A stretch of 9,731 nucleotides of DNA, from assembly GCA_000004985.1 (NCBI GenBank), contig GG739034.1; one strand, written 5' to 3'. Below, one piece after another: positions 8,881 to 9,731 of this stretch. The translations under genes were made by a program, and so were the position numbers. Positions within the stretch are counted from its first letter, which is position 1, and each line of letters starts with the position of its first letter. The notes under the pieces were generated by a model. That model saw only the letters and a program-made list of their open reading frames with translations, made no database searches and was not told the DNA's origin. This stretch comes from Naegleria gruberi. Lineage: Eukaryota.

Positions 8881-9396
8881 AAGAATTGTGGTGACTCACG
8901 TAGAGGTGCCTCTTTTTGGGATGTTCTTGTGGAAGGTTGGGATTTAATTGGTGATATGGCATCTGGTGCAGCATCTATAGGTAGTTCAATTGGTAATGTT
9001 ATTGAATCCTTAGGAACAGGTTTTATTGACCTTTTTGGAGGAGTTATTCCAAACATTGCAGATATTTTCAGCTCCATTCCAAAATTAATGGAGAAAATTC
9101 TGAACTTTTTGATTAGCACTGCAGAGAAGTTTATTAACTTTATTCTCAATTTGTGGACAACATTTGTTGAATTTATAGAATGGGCAGTGATTTATTTTCC
9201 AAAAATATTTTCTGGAATTACGCTTCAACAAGTGGTAACAGTTTTAGTAATCATTGGTGTTGCACTACTTTTGATCATTATTATAGTATTGTTATCTTTC
9301 CTTAGTCCATATATTACAATTGCACTTCAATTTGTCAAAGGTGTTTCGAGTGCATTAGCAAGTAGTGAAAAAGCTCTTAAGGAGTACAACATGTAG
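7627..9396 (+). CDS. 5'-partial EGF-like-repeat transmembrane protein: at least 10 tenascin-type EGF-like modules, a Gly/Ser-rich amphipathic juxtamembrane region, one C-terminal TM helix (9232..9303) and a ~30-aa cytoplasmic tail
   Basis: Frame-1 reading frame is open from the first base after the gap (tgt at 7627: CSGIISTNISVCSRKGDCIGANLCICLTGWGGEDCSTPICNN...) through TAG at 9394-9396. The ORF track starts at TTG 7816 only because there is no ATG, so the true start lies in or upstream of the gap. Repeating ~39-47-aa units with six Cys in EGF spacing and the signature P.CNG(T).A.D..VCN..G.C.....C.C...WGG..C. TM helix VVTVLVIIGVALLLIIIIVLLSFL followed by SPYITIALQFVKGVSSALASSEKALKEYNM. Codon usage matches neighbouring genes. 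Confidence 0.8.
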   Translation, partial: CSGIISTNISVCSRKGDCIGANLCICLTGWGGEDCSTPICNNILSTNATTNTDSNGTIVSNNTLVCSGHGECTSPNQCNCNLNWGGKQCEIPKCQGILASNEAVCNSRGKCVNENQCQCNEMWGGQFCEIPFCNGTLATDSNVCNSLGVCVGPNQCKCLSGWGGKLCTIPSCNGILAFDENEVCIAKSNACSGNGKCIDLNRCKCEKGWTGPLCSTPTCNGTSATDLTVCNGFGVCVAPDKCNCYRDWGGEFCTIPTCNGTLATDPTVCNSRGICIENDECRCNSWGGKLCATPTCNGIVATDPNVCNSSGVCVDFDKCECFSGYGDAFCGTLSCNSILSTHINVEGAVCSGRGLCLGPNKCICQPNWGGFMCGFPKCFDISGDKKEVCSGHGDCIAVDTCKCYQGYMDYDCSSVVPDKNCGDSRRGASFWDVLVEGWDLIGDMASGAASIGSSIGNVIESLGTGFIDLFGGVIPNIADIFSSIPKLMEKILNFLISTAEKFINFILNLWTTFVEFIEWAVIYFPKIFSGITLQQVVTVLVIIGVALLLIIIIVLLSFLSPYITIALQFVKGVSSALASSEKALKEYNM

Positions 9397-9523
9397 TTGT
9401 TTCAAACAATCTCAAAAACAAGATTTTTTTCTCTTGGTCAACCAAAGTTTTCTTTGTCTTGATTATTTCAAAAGAGATAGAGTTTATTACATGAGATAAT
9501 AATACAGTTTGGAATTAAAATCA

Positions 9524-9529
9524 ATAAAC
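9524..9529 (+). terminator. AATAAA polyadenylation-signal candidate for the EGF-repeat gene
   Basis: aataaa at 9524-9529, ~130 nt downstream of the TAG stop, followed by a T11 run (9544-9554) in an AT-rich 3' flank. Confidence 0.35.
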
Positions 9530-9540
9530 AAATAGCATAT

Positions 9541-9726
9541 TTATTTTTTTTTTGTAATGCCATGCAACTTGTTAATATTTCTTATGACCAATAATCCTGT
9601 TTTAAAAGTTCCATCTCTGATTGGTTTTTCTTTAAATAGTCTAGAGTGACAACAAGTTTGTATAAAGTACAAAACAATAGATAAAAGAGAGCATAAAAAC
9701 ATTCCCATAGAAAGATAAATAACCAT
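9541..9726 (-). CDS. Possible short hydrophobic ORF, or first exon of a minus-strand gene whose start lies at the window edge (61 aa)
   Basis: ATG is the reverse complement of cat at 9724-9726 (ccATGg on the + strand), only 5 nt from the window end. Hydrophobic N-terminus MVIYLSMGMFLCSLLSIVLYFI. No upstream context is visible, it overlaps the probable 3'UTR of the EGF gene, and it could be spurious. Confidence 0.15.
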   Translation of the reverse strand: MVIYLSMGMFLCSLLSIVLYFIQTCCHSRLFKEKPIRDGTFKTGLLVIRNINKLHGITKKK

Positions 9727-9731
9727 GGATA

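Noticed and set aside
7961-9149. Several minus-strand ORFs (7961..8197, 8297..8611, 8358..8549, 8738..8974, 8853..9149) and the + strand alternative-frame ORF 8051..8308
   Set aside because: All lie antisense or out of frame inside the strongly supported EGF-repeat CDS. They are His/Tyr/Asn-rich nonsense typical of translating AT-rich repeats in the wrong frame, and the repeat periodicity creates long spurious open frames.

Overview
This window is eukaryotic nuclear DNA, not prokaryotic. It is AT-rich, with Asn/Thr/Ser-rich low-complexity protein segments, AAAATG start contexts, AATAAA motifs after stop codons and a 4,140-nt run of N (scaffold gap, 3485..7624). Codon usage and composition resemble a social amoeba (dictyostelid) or a similar AT-rich protist. 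I cannot assign a species from sequence alone. It is compact, gene-dense housekeeping or cell-surface territory; I did not find a defence island or a mobile element.

Four protein-coding units are supported. (1) 150..1232 (+) encodes a 360-aa multi-pass membrane protein of unknown family. It has a soluble N-terminal half, about five hydrophobic helices, an N-x-S/T-rich loop and a poly-cysteine tail (GCCRCCC). (2) 1256..3103 (-) encodes a 615-aa F-box / leucine-rich-repeat protein, presumably an SCF ubiquitin-ligase substrate adaptor. It converges on gene 1 with only 23 bp between the two stop codons. (3) 3246..3479 (+) encodes a short N-terminal fragment with a clear signal peptide and the start of an NHL-repeat-like motif, running up to the gap. 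(4) 7627..9396 (+) is 5'-truncated by the gap. It encodes at least ten tandem tenascin-type EGF-like repeats (coding period about 117 nt), then a Gly/Ser-rich amphipathic region, a C-terminal transmembrane helix and a short cytoplasmic tail.

The most interesting hypothesis is that (3) and (4) are the two ends of one large secreted, type-I membrane NHL+EGF adhesion or receptor protein. Its repetitive middle would have collapsed into the assembly gap. The 1450-aa minus-strand ORF in the provided track is an artefact of translating N's. No tRNA, rRNA, CRISPR or transposon signatures were seen.
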